Source: a virus
Lineage: Duplodnaviria; Caudoviricetes
IMG/VR virus record: IMGVR_UViG_3300032250_000035
Location: 1-30,404 of that record
Strand: one strand, 5' to 3'
Length of the DNA stretch: 30,404 nt
This document shows, in pieces, positions 16,228 to 26,124 of the stretch. Positions within the stretch are counted from its first letter, which is position 1; each line of letters starts with the position of its first letter. The notes beneath the pieces were generated by a model. The model saw nothing but the letters and a program-made list of their open reading frames with translations, did not search any database and was not told the DNA's origin. The position numbers and the translations under genes are program-made.

Positions 16228-16692
16228 TTAGAGTCCAGAATGTCGAATAACTTCATCTAGCTCTTCTTTGCTGTTAGCCGACATAAGTTTCCGCATAAGA
16301 TCCTCTGAAGAATCAGGGGTTAAACCCTGTTCAGTGATCCCATTCATTCTCTTATAGGCAGCAGCTTGAGCTGGATCTACGACAGACTGGTTAGATTGAG
16401 TGACTTCAAATCCGAAAACGTCACCGTTTTCTTCAAGCCACTTAGACAAAGACTCTTCAGTCGGGTCTAAGTCCGATGGAATAAATTTAGCAATTTTGCT
16501 ATTTACTCCGCGAGATTCGAGAACGTCCTTAATGTTCCGTTCACGTTGTGCTTTGGAAATTTCACCAAACTGAGCTTTAAGATCAGCTAGTTCTTTTTCC
16601 TTTTGCTTGTTTGCTTTACGCAACTGTTTGACTAGATCATTAGACTCCATTGTGAAGTCATCATCTTCGTCCTCGTACTCGTAGTTGGACAT
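16228..16692 (-). CDS. Capsid scaffolding protein
   Basis: Acidic N-terminus, coiled coil (LVKQLRKANKQKEKELADLKAQ), short C-terminal helices; immediately upstream of the capsid gene. Confidence 0.75.
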   Translation of the reverse strand: MSNYEYEDEDDDFTMESNDLVKQLRKANKQKEKELADLKAQFGEISKAQRERNIKDVLESRGVNSKIAKFIPSDLDPTEESLSKWLEENGDVFGFEVTQSNQSVVDPAQAAAYKRMNGITEQGLTPDSSEDLMRKLMSANSKEELDEVIRHSGL

Positions 16693-16810
16693 AGTCCATC
16701 TCCCATTCATTAGTTAACGCAGACCTCATATGGCTCTGGGGACTATCCATATGGCTTCTACTACCGGTAATTGATATCACTCCACTAGGCCGGTTGTTCT
16801 AGTGGCAGGC
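16690..16810 (-). promoter_or_regulatory. Pseudoknotted cis-regulatory RNA leader of the scaffold/capsid genes
   Basis: Three hairpins, a loop ACCGG/CCGGT pseudoknot, and a loop ATAGTCC complementary to GGACTAT(G) at the start codon. Confidence 0.55.
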
Positions 16811-16814
16811 TTTA

Positions 16815-18323
16815 TTAGAAGGAACCTGCGCGTTCTTTGTCAAGAACGCCGACTCCCGATCTTCCGCTGAAGGAAGCAGTCTCAAGCTCAGAGAGCTTTT
16901 GACGCTTCTTCTTTGCTTCAGCAGCGTTGCCAAGACCATAGATTTCGGATTCAACATCCGCTTGTCCATATGTATCTTGTTTGTAGATTGATGCTAGTTG
17001 GCTACCACGAGGTGCAAGTTCATTAATGGCTTGTGCTCCAGCACGTGCCTTCTCTGCTGTAACACCTTGTAGTCGAAGTTCTTCTGCTCGTGCTTCATCT
17101 GCGACAAGTCCAGCACGGAGATACTCTCCACCAATCTTTGCTGCACCAAGTTTAGATTGAATTTTTGTGAGAGCATTTTTAGGATCAAGAACGTAGGCAA
17201 GAAGATCACCGCGATTAACACCAGGATAAAATTGCGTAAGAGCATCCATATATTCTTTAGGACTTTTATCTAGTATGTCTGTTGCTTGCTGAACGCGGCT
17301 CTCTAGTTCTACGGCTGACACATCGTTGGCGATAAGATCGGTAAAACCTTTCTGAGTGCCAAGGGCATCCTTCTGCCAGTATTCAGCAGGGAGTCCATAG
17401 TTGCGCATCACATTCTGGTAGGCATCTTCCTTGGCAAGGTATGCCGCTTCGTCAAGGGCTGTAAGACCCTTAGCAATACGTGATGCGTTACCAGCAAAGC
17501 GCTTCTTGTAAGCGTCTGATTCGCGGAGCTTAATAGTAAATTCAGAAGGTGAGGCACCTGTTGTAATTAAATCTTTTAACGGTGCTACTAGAGTTTCTAG
17601 ACCATACTGCTTAAACTGTGAATAAAGAAGATCGTAAGCAGATTGACGAGTTGCAGTCTTTTCATCAGTTGCTACTTTAAGAGCAGCAGCGGCAGATGCC
17701 TTGTCTGCCATTTGCCCTTTAAGGATTCCTTCATACTTTGCAAAGGTTTCCGCATCGTTAAATACTGTTCCGTCTGAAGCGGTAAAGGTTTTAAGATTAG
17801 TTTTTTCATTAAGTAAAGCTTGGTACTTTTTGTAAGTCTCTTCGTTTTCAAAAAGAGTTCCATCGGTTGCTTCCCAAGTTTCGCCTTCTGTATTACCCTC
17901 ACCGAGAGTTTTACCATCTCCAGCGCCTGTGCCAGCGCCTGTGCCTGTGCCAGCGCCTGTGCCTGTGCCAGCGCCATTTGATACCGGTGCTTGGCCTTCG
18001 ATAACAACTTCATTGGTTGTTACGTCTCTTCCAGCATTTGGGCCTTCTGTATAGATAGTTACTAAATCTCCGTATCTATCATAGATCTGTTTTACGCCAT
18101 ATGTAATTGGGGCTGACGCTGCTGGTGCATCAACAGAAGTAGCAGAAATAACGGTTTGCGGAGCGTTTAGATTGAGGGGATTTCCATATTGAGGATTGTA
18201 GGCTCCGCTTGATATTGCATCGGCTGCTTCAGCGCGTGCAGCAGCAGTTTTAGCAGCAGCGGTAGCTTTGGCAGCGGCTGCTGCTTTTAGTTTTTGGTCG
18301 TATATATAATCTGCGCTTGGCAT
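16815..18323 (-). CDS. Putative internal virion/ejection protein
   Basis: 502 aa, Ala-rich helical, Gly/Thr linker; lies in the block between portal and scaffold. Confidence 0.6.
   Translation of the reverse strand: MPSADYIYDQKLKAAAAAKATAAAKTAAARAEAADAISSGAYNPQYGNPLNLNAPQTVISATSVDAPAASAPITYGVKQIYDRYGDLVTIYTEGPNAGRDVTTNEVVIEGQAPVSNGAGTGTGAGTGTGAGTGAGDGKTLGEGNTEGETWEATDGTLFENEETYKKYQALLNEKTNLKTFTASDGTVFNDAETFAKYEGILKGQMADKASAAAALKVATDEKTATRQSAYDLLYSQFKQYGLETLVAPLKDLITTGASPSEFTIKLRESDAYKKRFAGNASRIAKGLTALDEAAYLAKEDAYQNVMRNYGLPAEYWQKDALGTQKGFTDLIANDVSAVELESRVQQATDILDKSPKEYMDALTQFYPGVNRGDLLAYVLDPKNALTKIQSKLGAAKIGGEYLRAGLVADEARAEELRLQGVTAEKARAGAQAINELAPRGSQLASIYKQDTYGQADVESEIYGLGNAAEAKKKRQKLSELETASFSGRSGVGVLDKERAGSF
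17920..17975. repeat. Hexamer-based tandem repeat (GCCTGT/GCCAGC units) encoding a Gly-Thr/Gly-Ala linker
   Basis: ccagcgcctgtgccagcgcctgtgcctgtgccagcgcctgtgcctgtgccagcgcc. Confidence 0.9.
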
Positions 18324-18325
18324 TA

Positions 18326-19984
18326 TTACCCCTGGAATCCAAAGTCACGAAGCACACCTAGAGCAGCTTGGGACACATCGGCCTTTGCTTGTTCTGTGTA
18401 TTGCCAGCGACTATCTTGTCGTAGTGCCTTTTTGAAATCGTAAAGGTTCATATCACCCTTGTCGGTAATTGCTGTACGAAGTAATGGGTCATTAAGATCA
18501 ATCTGATTTGGATCTTGTATATCCAATACTGTTGCCATTGTCTGGCGATATGGAGCAAATACCTGAGACAAGTTATATCCTTGAGATAGCAGATCTCGGA
18601 CATATTGTGGTTGGCCTTGTGCTGCAAGTTTGCGTGCATCTTGTGCCACTCGACCAATATCAATTTTACCTGATGCAATACCGGCCAAGACTTGTTGTTC
18701 ATTAGCACCGCCTGGAAGGATGTCGCTCATTTGGAATCCATTATCACGTGCTGTTTGAAGCAACGCTGTATAGTTTCTAAGAGCCTCTCCGGAGTAACCC
18801 AAAGTTGGCTTGCCACCAATAATGCTATTTATCGGACGAATAGAAGTTGCAAGTAAGTCCGTAATAAAAGATTCATCTTCTGAACGATTAGTGATGTAAA
18901 GATTTTCTGCCATTTTAGTAAGGGCATTTGGATCAGATCCAACATCGGAACCCATAATCGCGGCGTTCTTGCGAAGATTATTTTCAATCTTTTTAATTTG
19001 CATTTCGTAGTCAGTAGAACCATCTGCCTGACCGGAGTTCTTCATATCTTGATAATTATAGAATTGAACAAATCGTGCTTTGATCTCTTTGGAATTTTTA
19101 CGATACCAAGTATCTTGACGAACGAGTTTAATGAACTCGTCATCCGTCATACCAGATTTAGGATCTATGTACTTTTCGTAAATAGTTTTAAGTCCTGGAA
19201 CGTTATTAAATAACGCTTGAGATAATGCGAACTTGTCCTCAATTATATTAAGTGCAGCGCCTGTTTTGTCAACAGGTGGTAGCGCGTTAGGACCTACAAC
19301 TGCAGGAGTAGTTGGTTGTCCTTTTGCTGGCTTAATATCAGAAACTTTAATTTTCTCGCCAGTTACTGGGTTAATAGCAACAGGAGTTTCTGGCAGTTTT
19401 CCAGGAAGATTACTTAATAACGGTTTTTCTTCCTTCTTTGCTGGTAGTTTTCCAGGCGTTACAGCGCTTGTAGGTTTGGTTAGCGTTGTGGCAGGTGTTT
19501 GACTTGAGGCTGGAGTAACCTGTGCGTTATCCCCTAAAGAAGGAATATTGCCTTTAACCATCTTGTTCTTTGCAACTGCTGCAGATATCTGAGTACCGAT
19601 TGATTTTGAATACGCATCTTGATATTCAGGAACTAGAGCATCTATTTCCTTTTGGATGCTTTTTGCTTTTTTGCTATTAGGATCAAGTTGGATATCTAAT
19701 TCTTTTTTAAGATTGTTATATTTTTTGTTAACGAAATCTAAAGATGTTTTACCAAGTACCTTATTTAATTCTTTTTCAGTAGCAGACGATTCTATTTGTA
19801 GCCTTCTTGCATCAGCAATAGAGGCGTCGTACATTTCTTTGTACTTTTTTCTGTCTTTATCTGAAGTTTTTGGATCTTCGATAATGTCTTTATATGTAGC
19901 GGTAGCTTTCTTCTCTTGAAGAATCTCTTGGCTTAAACGTTGAACTTTTAATTTTAATTGCTTGTATTCATTATCTCCAGCCAT
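18326..19984 (-). CDS. Putative internal virion/ejection protein
   Basis: 552 aa; Lys-rich coiled-coil N-terminus, Pro/Thr linker, C-terminal MNLYDFKKALRQDSRWQYT...LRDFGF. Confidence 0.6.
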   Translation of the reverse strand: MAGDNEYKQLKLKVQRLSQEILQEKKATATYKDIIEDPKTSDKDRKKYKEMYDASIADARRLQIESSATEKELNKVLGKTSLDFVNKKYNNLKKELDIQLDPNSKKAKSIQKEIDALVPEYQDAYSKSIGTQISAAVAKNKMVKGNIPSLGDNAQVTPASSQTPATTLTKPTSAVTPGKLPAKKEEKPLLSNLPGKLPETPVAINPVTGEKIKVSDIKPAKGQPTTPAVVGPNALPPVDKTGAALNIIEDKFALSQALFNNVPGLKTIYEKYIDPKSGMTDDEFIKLVRQDTWYRKNSKEIKARFVQFYNYQDMKNSGQADGSTDYEMQIKKIENNLRKNAAIMGSDVGSDPNALTKMAENLYITNRSEDESFITDLLATSIRPINSIIGGKPTLGYSGEALRNYTALLQTARDNGFQMSDILPGGANEQQVLAGIASGKIDIGRVAQDARKLAAQGQPQYVRDLLSQGYNLSQVFAPYRQTMATVLDIQDPNQIDLNDPLLRTAITDKGDMNLYDFKKALRQDSRWQYTEQAKADVSQAALGVLRDFGFQG

Positions 19985-20637
19985 TAGCGTAGACCTCCAA
20001 GCTCACTTAGTAATAGTTCGTTGGCTGTAGTGGCACGACTCTTTTGTGCCGCTTCTGTTTGTCCAACTTTTTCCATCAAGTATTGTTCTTCATTAAGACC
20101 GCCTGTTTGAACCAAGTTTCCTTTGGCATCATATGCTTGCTTAACTGGGTTAAGTTTCTCCTGCTTGCGAAGATCCTTTTTTGCCTCGGCAAGTTGTAAA
20201 CGTGTTGGCTTGTAACCAGTAGCCTGTTGGTAAATCTTTGCGATAAGAGCGTCAGCATCTGTGTCATTGATCTCGTAGACCTGAGTTATGTTTCTTGGTT
20301 TGCCGGTTCCGTCGCCACCGCCTTCGCCAAGGTTTACCTGTTCTTTAAGGTAATCGTCAAGTCCTATAGGGCGAATAGCCGCAATAGATAACCGATCTTC
20401 TTCGGCCCTATCTAAGGCTTTTTGAAATGCCGGAGTGTACTTACCGTTAACAGAACCCTTGTAAAGGTTTGCGGCTTTAAGAAGTTTCTGGTAGCCGCTA
20501 ATAAGTGCTGGACTAGCAGCAACGGCTTTCTTAAACTCTGTGTACTGAGTTAGGGGTGTAGCGGTTGAAGAAGTACCTGCCTGACCTTCTGCAACTACTT
20601 CTGGTTTCTTTTTAATATCTGGTGCGGTACGTCCCAC
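19984..20637 (-). CDS. Hypothetical virion-block protein
   Basis: 217 aa, GTG start right after the upstream stop. YQKLLKAANLYKGSVNGKYTPAFQKAL resembles a peptidoglycan-binding (PG_binding_1) helix pair. Confidence 0.65.
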   Translation of the reverse strand: MGRTAPDIKKKPEVVAEGQAGTSSTATPLTQYTEFKKAVAASPALISGYQKLLKAANLYKGSVNGKYTPAFQKALDRAEEDRLSIAAIRPIGLDDYLKEQVNLGEGGGDGTGKPRNITQVYEINDTDADALIAKIYQQATGYKPTRLQLAEAKKDLRKQEKLNPVKQAYDAKGNLVQTGGLNEEQYLMEKVGQTEAAQKSRATTANELLLSELGGLR

Positions 20638-20638
20638 T

Positions 20639-23600
20639 TTAGTCTCCTAACAATCTACCAAAGAGCACGTTGTAAGCGCTTTGTGTATTTTCGTTGTATG
20701 CTGCAAGTTCGCGCATCTTGATGATGCTTTCTTCCTTGTTCATATTTCTAAGGAAATCACTGCCACTAAATGAATCTAATTGGTCTTTGTTTGTTTTGTA
20801 ATCTGTGTAGACTTTCATCATTTCTTTAAGTTTATTAGTAACATCAGGAGCCGCAATATATGCTGACTTTTCTGACAACATCTTCTGTAGGTCATTAAGC
20901 GCCTTTAGGCGTTCGATAGCCTTCTTGCCGCCTTGTGAAAGTTCTTCTTGTACTAATGGGCGGCCTGCCTTAAATACTGTAGCCCAATCTGTAAACTCTT
21001 TACGAAGTTGTGATCGTTCAAAGTCTGTGCCTACGGCTTCAAGGCTTGTCTCGTAATCGTTTTTCTTTTCGTAATAGACCTGCATATCTGCAGCCGTCTG
21101 TGCTTCACGAAGAAAATCAGTAACGGTCTTGTTCTCACGAAGGCCCATATCAGTCATAGTCTTGTAAGCATCCCAAGAGTATCCACCCTTGTGTGGGATC
21201 AAAAATGCTGCGCCCTGTGGGTATTGCTTAAATAGATCTTTATTCTCATCTACAAAGTCGCCGGACTCTTGTGCATATCGGAAGTATGCAACAGTAGAAC
21301 GGTCTGATTCTGAAATAGTAAACGGCATTTGATCTGGGTAACGCTTCACCCATTCAGTCATCGCTGTATCGTAATCACCGTACTTATCAAGCATCCCGTA
21401 CCAGACCTGCTTAAAGGAAGCCTGTCCGTTATCGCGTACCCAGTCTGCCATCTCTGACTTGAGCTGGATGGTAGGTGATGCTGGTGCTGTAAAGCCATAG
21501 AGAACGCGGAGTCCAAGGATGGACATTGTTGTGTTCTTGAGCTTGAGTCGGTATGCCTCAAGTTCTGCAGCGCTAAATGGAATTGGCACCTGTTGACCAT
21601 TGACTGTTTCAAACTTCTGTTTAAGTCCGTGATCTGATGCCTCTAGGTAGGTAATGGCTTTGCGCATCGCTGATGCGTACTGACCATCGCGCTCATCTTT
21701 GTTAAGAGCACCGTAGATACGGTTAACGTGTGCCGGTAGGAAAGCCGAGATAGTAGGTTGATCTTCAGCGTACTTACCAAGAAGCGTTTTAGTCATTGTA
21801 TCTGCAGCGCCAGGGTTAAATATATTAACTAAGTTAGTTGCTAACTTTACTGAGATACCTGATAGCGGTCCAGCAAGTGTAGGGATCGCAGACTCTGGAT
21901 TCAAAGATGGTGTGATCATCTTGAGCTTTGCGCCGAACTCTACTGGGAACGGTGTCTTAAATTCTGCCGGTACGCCAAGGGCTACCATTGCTGTTTGCAC
22001 TGCCCTGTAGACATACTGTGTGCCAGGATAAATGAAGTATGGCTCGCCTTGGTCATCGTATTGGACCCAACCTGAGTGGGTTATACCTTCGTAGGTAAGG
22101 CTTGCCTTAACAATAGACTCTGGGTTGTATCGAACAACGCGGTACATACGGCGATAGAAATCTTCTGTAGCACGATAGAAGCGTGCAAAGTTACGAATGG
22201 AAAATGAGAACTGGCTCTGGACTGCAGGGTTATCTACATAAGCCAAAGTCTGAAGGCGTGCTCGATCTTCAACAATCTCAGCAAGTTTGTAGCGTGCGTT
22301 TTTTTCTGCTCGCTCTAGCGCCTTTGGCGCAGTGATTCCCTTAGTGTGGGCTGCAATAAAAGCATCTTCAAAGCCTGACTTCTTAAACTGCTTACGCATC
22401 TTTACCATCTCGGAAAGAACCATTGGCTCACGAGATAGACGTGCGTTAGCCTCTCCTAGCCAATCCCATCCCCATTCCATAAAGGATGAGGCGTAGTTAC
22501 CAGAATCTGTTACTGGAACTAACTGCGCTCCAACAATGTATTCTGGGACATCGTCAATGTTTGTTGGCAAATCATCAAGGCCAAGCTGACCGCTAATCCG
22601 GTAAGCGCCTTTATCGGCATCCCAAGTACGAACTTTGTTTAGAAGTTGCTGGTTGATCTTGCCGTCTTTCTTTACAAATAATTGTTTGGCTGCTTCGTAG
22701 ATACGCTTTGCGTGCTCTTCTTTAGAGATGCCGCGTTCTTCCATACGAAACGCTGAAACTGCTTTAGCATTTTTAGGATCATCAAGCCAAGTAAAGATCT
22801 TTGCAATGGCTGCCTTCTGACCGACAGCATCATCAGCAAGGTTTGCTACGGCAATGCGACCAAGCTTGTCATTAGAGTAATAACCGATACGCATAATCCA
22901 GGCCACTTGAGTTGCTTCATCTGCAAGGGGAGCCATCTGTGTGTATCCAGACTTGCCTTTAGCGCGGGCATACTTGCCCTTTTCAAGATTGTAAGTAAGT
23001 TCTGTTGTGCGCACCTTGTTCTTACGGCTAAAATTAACTGTGCGTGTGTAGTAGTCAAGTCCGGTGAAAGCGTTCTTGCCACCTTCGACTACGTCCATAA
23101 GGGCGTTGTCTAAGTCGCCGTACTTGATCTGTTCTGCAAGGGCTGCGCGATCTGCATTAGTGAACTTGCCTAAGCCTACACGGTCATAGAAGCGTGTAAG
23201 TTTTCCTTCATTAAGAGCGCCAGCCATAATCTCACGGATTTGCTTAACGTCTCCCTTGGCTGCTTTGATCATAGCACCATAGCGCAGAGATTCTTTTCTA
23301 TTAACAAAGCGCATAACTCCACCAAGTGGATCTGCTGAAGCCTGATCAAATTTAGTTAGACCGGCTTCCATCTGCTTTGCTGTACGCAATCTAGTAGAAA
23401 GCATACGTGCTTTAACTAAGCCAAATGGTGATTCACCAATAGCAAGGTGAACCATTAAATCTTCTGTGGCATTACGAATAGCATAACGTGGGCCAGCAAG
23501 GGTAAGGAATGACCAACCTGTTGTCATCTTCTCAACCCAGTTAGAATGAGAAAGCCCTGCAATTTGCTGAATAATTCCGGAGCGTGCTGCTGCACGGTCA

Positions 23601-25318
23601 ATATCACGAACGCTGAGAGTGGTTACAAAATCTGATAGATCTGAAAGAATAAGACCAACTTGCTCACCGTTTGGAAGCGCAGCTGGATTGTAATTTGTGC
23701 GTGCATCTGTTGCGGCAAATGTTTTATTAGGGCCAAGGCGTAGCGGATCGGCAATAACCTTGCCTTCTTTGGTTACGTTAAGACCGCGAATATCTGCAAT
23801 AGTTGACTGAAGGCCATAGAAAATTTCCTTCTTGCGTCCTACCTCAGCGTTATCAAACGCTTGCGCAATCATACGTGAATCGCTCTGAGGAAGTACTAGA
23901 CGTGCGTAACGATAAACCTTGCTTGCGCCGTCGGCTGAAGTAACATCGAAGAGTCCTTCATCAAACATAGGCACTTGTGAGAACTTAGCCTTAAAGCGAT
24001 CAATTCGATATTGAACCTGTGCCATTGATAGGCGTGCAGTTTTCTTAGCGTTAGCCTGAGCCTTAACGTTGGTAACAATAGTTTCTCTACCATCAATGAG
24101 CGCTTGTGCTATACCGTCATCAGTTGATGCACCGGCAAAGTAAAGGTCATCAATGAAACGTGGGCCGATCTTATCCATATCAAATATACGGTTAGCCGTA
24201 GTTACTGTAGTAACTCGCACCTTGCGTGCCAGATCCATCTTAGGAACCATTACACGCTTACGACCAATCTGGCCCTTCATCATTTCTTCTACTTGCTTAG
24301 CATTTTGAAAGAACGCTTTAGCGGTATCAGCATTGGTAATAGGAACATCAACATCAATAAACGATTTAACTACTGGATCGCCAAACTCTGGTGCAATAGC
24401 GCGAAGATTGTTCTTGGCTTCTACTGCAGCTTTTGTATCCTTGGCATTAAGAGCATCTTTGTACTTCTTGAGTTCAGCACCGTATTGGTTCCAGAAGTTT
24501 GTTACCTGTGGACGGGCGAATACCTCGTCAACCTTATTGCCACCAATAACAACATCTAGTGAATAACGTGAGATATCAACAGCACGCTTTGCTTTTCCAG
24601 CAAGGATAAGCGGATCTGCAAATACTCGATATGCCGCATCAAATGTACCGGATACGGCACGATAGAAAAAGCCTGATCCTTCTATCTCTTCTGGGGTAAC
24701 AAGGTTTGCAATCTGACGACCAGGAGAGTACTTAGCAGCCTGTGCTGCATCAAGTGCATCTTGGAAGAAATCATCTTTATTCTGTGCAGCAAGAGCAGCA
24801 ATTTGACGTTCCGATTCAGTACCAGATACTGCAATATCAGATAGCTTCTCACCTGCTGCTACACGCATTGCTACATTAACGCGGTCTGTACCAAACTTAG
24901 CTGAAGCTTTCTCAATACGACCTGGGTTAAATACTTTATCGCCCTTATCGTTGGCTCGCGCCCAAGCATCTCCTAAGCCTTTGTTTTCTTGTACGGCAAT
25001 AGCACCGGTACGATAGATGCGAGTCATAGCATCTGAAACTTCAGTAAGAGCGCCTAGTGCTGCGCCGCCTGTGTAATGCCAAGCGGTACCAAACCAGCCA
25101 CGATTAGGCTTAGTTGCAGGATCTTCATTGCCTGCTACAGATTTAAGAGCAGCCTGTTGTGCAGGAGTCTTTGAAGCGTAAGATTGTTGCGCTACTTTTT
25201 GTGGAAGATTAGAAAGTTCGCGGTGAACTGACAGCGTTTGCTGCAGTTCATTCATTTTCTTCTGTTCTTCAGGTGTTAATCCAGCAGCAGCGGCTGCTGC
25301 CTTTAGACTGTCAGCCAC
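20639..25318 (-). CDS. Large internal virion (DNA ejection) protein
   Basis: 1559 aa, helical and Ala-rich, no tape-measure periodicity; size typical of podovirus ejectosome proteins (inference). Confidence 0.6.
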   Translation of the reverse strand: MADSLKAAAAAAGLTPEEQKKMNELQQTLSVHRELSNLPQKVAQQSYASKTPAQQAALKSVAGNEDPATKPNRGWFGTAWHYTGGAALGALTEVSDAMTRIYRTGAIAVQENKGLGDAWARANDKGDKVFNPGRIEKASAKFGTDRVNVAMRVAAGEKLSDIAVSGTESERQIAALAAQNKDDFFQDALDAAQAAKYSPGRQIANLVTPEEIEGSGFFYRAVSGTFDAAYRVFADPLILAGKAKRAVDISRYSLDVVIGGNKVDEVFARPQVTNFWNQYGAELKKYKDALNAKDTKAAVEAKNNLRAIAPEFGDPVVKSFIDVDVPITNADTAKAFFQNAKQVEEMMKGQIGRKRVMVPKMDLARKVRVTTVTTANRIFDMDKIGPRFIDDLYFAGASTDDGIAQALIDGRETIVTNVKAQANAKKTARLSMAQVQYRIDRFKAKFSQVPMFDEGLFDVTSADGASKVYRYARLVLPQSDSRMIAQAFDNAEVGRKKEIFYGLQSTIADIRGLNVTKEGKVIADPLRLGPNKTFAATDARTNYNPAALPNGEQVGLILSDLSDFVTTLSVRDIDRAAARSGIIQQIAGLSHSNWVEKMTTGWSFLTLAGPRYAIRNATEDLMVHLAIGESPFGLVKARMLSTRLRTAKQMEAGLTKFDQASADPLGGVMRFVNRKESLRYGAMIKAAKGDVKQIREIMAGALNEGKLTRFYDRVGLGKFTNADRAALAEQIKYGDLDNALMDVVEGGKNAFTGLDYYTRTVNFSRKNKVRTTELTYNLEKGKYARAKGKSGYTQMAPLADEATQVAWIMRIGYYSNDKLGRIAVANLADDAVGQKAAIAKIFTWLDDPKNAKAVSAFRMEERGISKEEHAKRIYEAAKQLFVKKDGKINQQLLNKVRTWDADKGAYRISGQLGLDDLPTNIDDVPEYIVGAQLVPVTDSGNYASSFMEWGWDWLGEANARLSREPMVLSEMVKMRKQFKKSGFEDAFIAAHTKGITAPKALERAEKNARYKLAEIVEDRARLQTLAYVDNPAVQSQFSFSIRNFARFYRATEDFYRRMYRVVRYNPESIVKASLTYEGITHSGWVQYDDQGEPYFIYPGTQYVYRAVQTAMVALGVPAEFKTPFPVEFGAKLKMITPSLNPESAIPTLAGPLSGISVKLATNLVNIFNPGAADTMTKTLLGKYAEDQPTISAFLPAHVNRIYGALNKDERDGQYASAMRKAITYLEASDHGLKQKFETVNGQQVPIPFSAAELEAYRLKLKNTTMSILGLRVLYGFTAPASPTIQLKSEMADWVRDNGQASFKQVWYGMLDKYGDYDTAMTEWVKRYPDQMPFTISESDRSTVAYFRYAQESGDFVDENKDLFKQYPQGAAFLIPHKGGYSWDAYKTMTDMGLRENKTVTDFLREAQTAADMQVYYEKKNDYETSLEAVGTDFERSQLRKEFTDWATVFKAGRPLVQEELSQGGKKAIERLKALNDLQKMLSEKSAYIAAPDVTNKLKEMMKVYTDYKTNKDQLDSFSGSDFLRNMNKEESIIKMRELAAYNENTQSAYNVLFGRLLGD

Positions 25319-25734
25319 TAATCACCCCGCGCAACTGCCTGCTGATACAGGATAGTAATAGAACCGTCTGTATCAAAAGGAATTAGCTTTGCTAGTGTAT
25401 CGGAAGTTCTGACTGCTACTTTATTCATACCAAGTGCAGAAGATCCTGGCCCATCACCGCGATCAATACCAGCAGTAATGGGTTCATTAGGGCGGTTTGT
25501 TGGATCATAAAGACCAGGCATAGAAACAGGAGCAGACCCACCAGTAGGAACTGATGGAGCTTCTGAAAGCATTGGAGACTTTTGCGCTGTAGCAAGGGGG
25601 GCGCCACCTTTATTGGCAGCGTATGCAACACCTTCGCCGTAAGCGTCTGGCTTGTATTCTAAATCTGTACGCTTTGCGTAGTTTGCAGGACCTGATACAC
25701 CTTGCATAGGATTGGTGCTATCTTCAAGCGCCAT
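25318..25734 (-). CDS. Hypothetical Gly/Pro-rich virion-block protein
   Basis: GVSGP..YAKRTD...PT.RPNEPITAG.D.G.GPGS; GGAGG RBS. Confidence 0.75.
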   Translation of the reverse strand: MALEDSTNPMQGVSGPANYAKRTDLEYKPDAYGEGVAYAANKGGAPLATAQKSPMLSEAPSVPTGGSAPVSMPGLYDPTNRPNEPITAGIDRGDGPGSSALGMNKVAVRTSDTLAKLIPFDTDGSITILYQQAVARGD

Positions 25735-25948
25735 CTGTATCCTCCTGAATAGTCTCTAAATCTTGTGAGAACTCATCCCAAATTTTATTAACTTTGGTTT
25801 CTCTGTTTGAATGGTAAATTGATAATTCGTAAATTGATTCTGTTAATGCTGTAAAGCATTGTGAAAGATTAAATATAAATTCTGTTGCTATTACTAAAGC
25901 ATCAGTAGGACGTACCGGACGTGGTACATCGTCTTTGTGATTATGCAC
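25724..25948 (-). CDS. Hypothetical protein
   Basis: GTG start after AGGAG; 74 aa; overlaps the next start. Confidence 0.65.
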   Translation of the reverse strand: MHNHKDDVPRPVRPTDALVIATEFIFNLSQCFTALTESIYELSIYHSNRETKVNKIWDEFSQDLETIQEDTDGA

Positions 25949-25971
25949 GCCCGGTACTCCTAACTAATAGT

Positions 25972-26106
25972 TTACTTTGCCTTCTTGCCTGGCTTTGGTG
26001 TGCCAGTGAAAGGGATTGTTACCTTTCCACCTGTGACAACTGATCCTGCTTTGCTGCCCTCAACTGGCTTGGACATTGAAGCTGGTGCCTGTGTTCCTTT
26101 ATTCAT
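25972..26106 (-). CDS. Small basic protein (44 aa)
   Basis: GGGAGGTG RBS; MNKGTQAPASMSKPVEGSKAG...KPGKKAK*. Confidence 0.7.
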   Translation of the reverse strand: MNKGTQAPASMSKPVEGSKAGSVVTGGKVTIPFTGTPKPGKKAK

Positions 26107-26124
26107 ATTTCACCTCCCTATAAG

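Noticed and set aside
16700-16760. HDV/theta-like ribozyme (TCCCC loop, CTAAT)
   Set aside because: No P3 helix closes the loop and the nested double-pseudoknot order cannot be assembled; a translational leader fits better.
20639-25318. Tape measure protein or virion RNA polymerase
   Set aside because: No tail tube or chaperone genes, no periodic repeats, and no polymerase catalytic motifs recognised.
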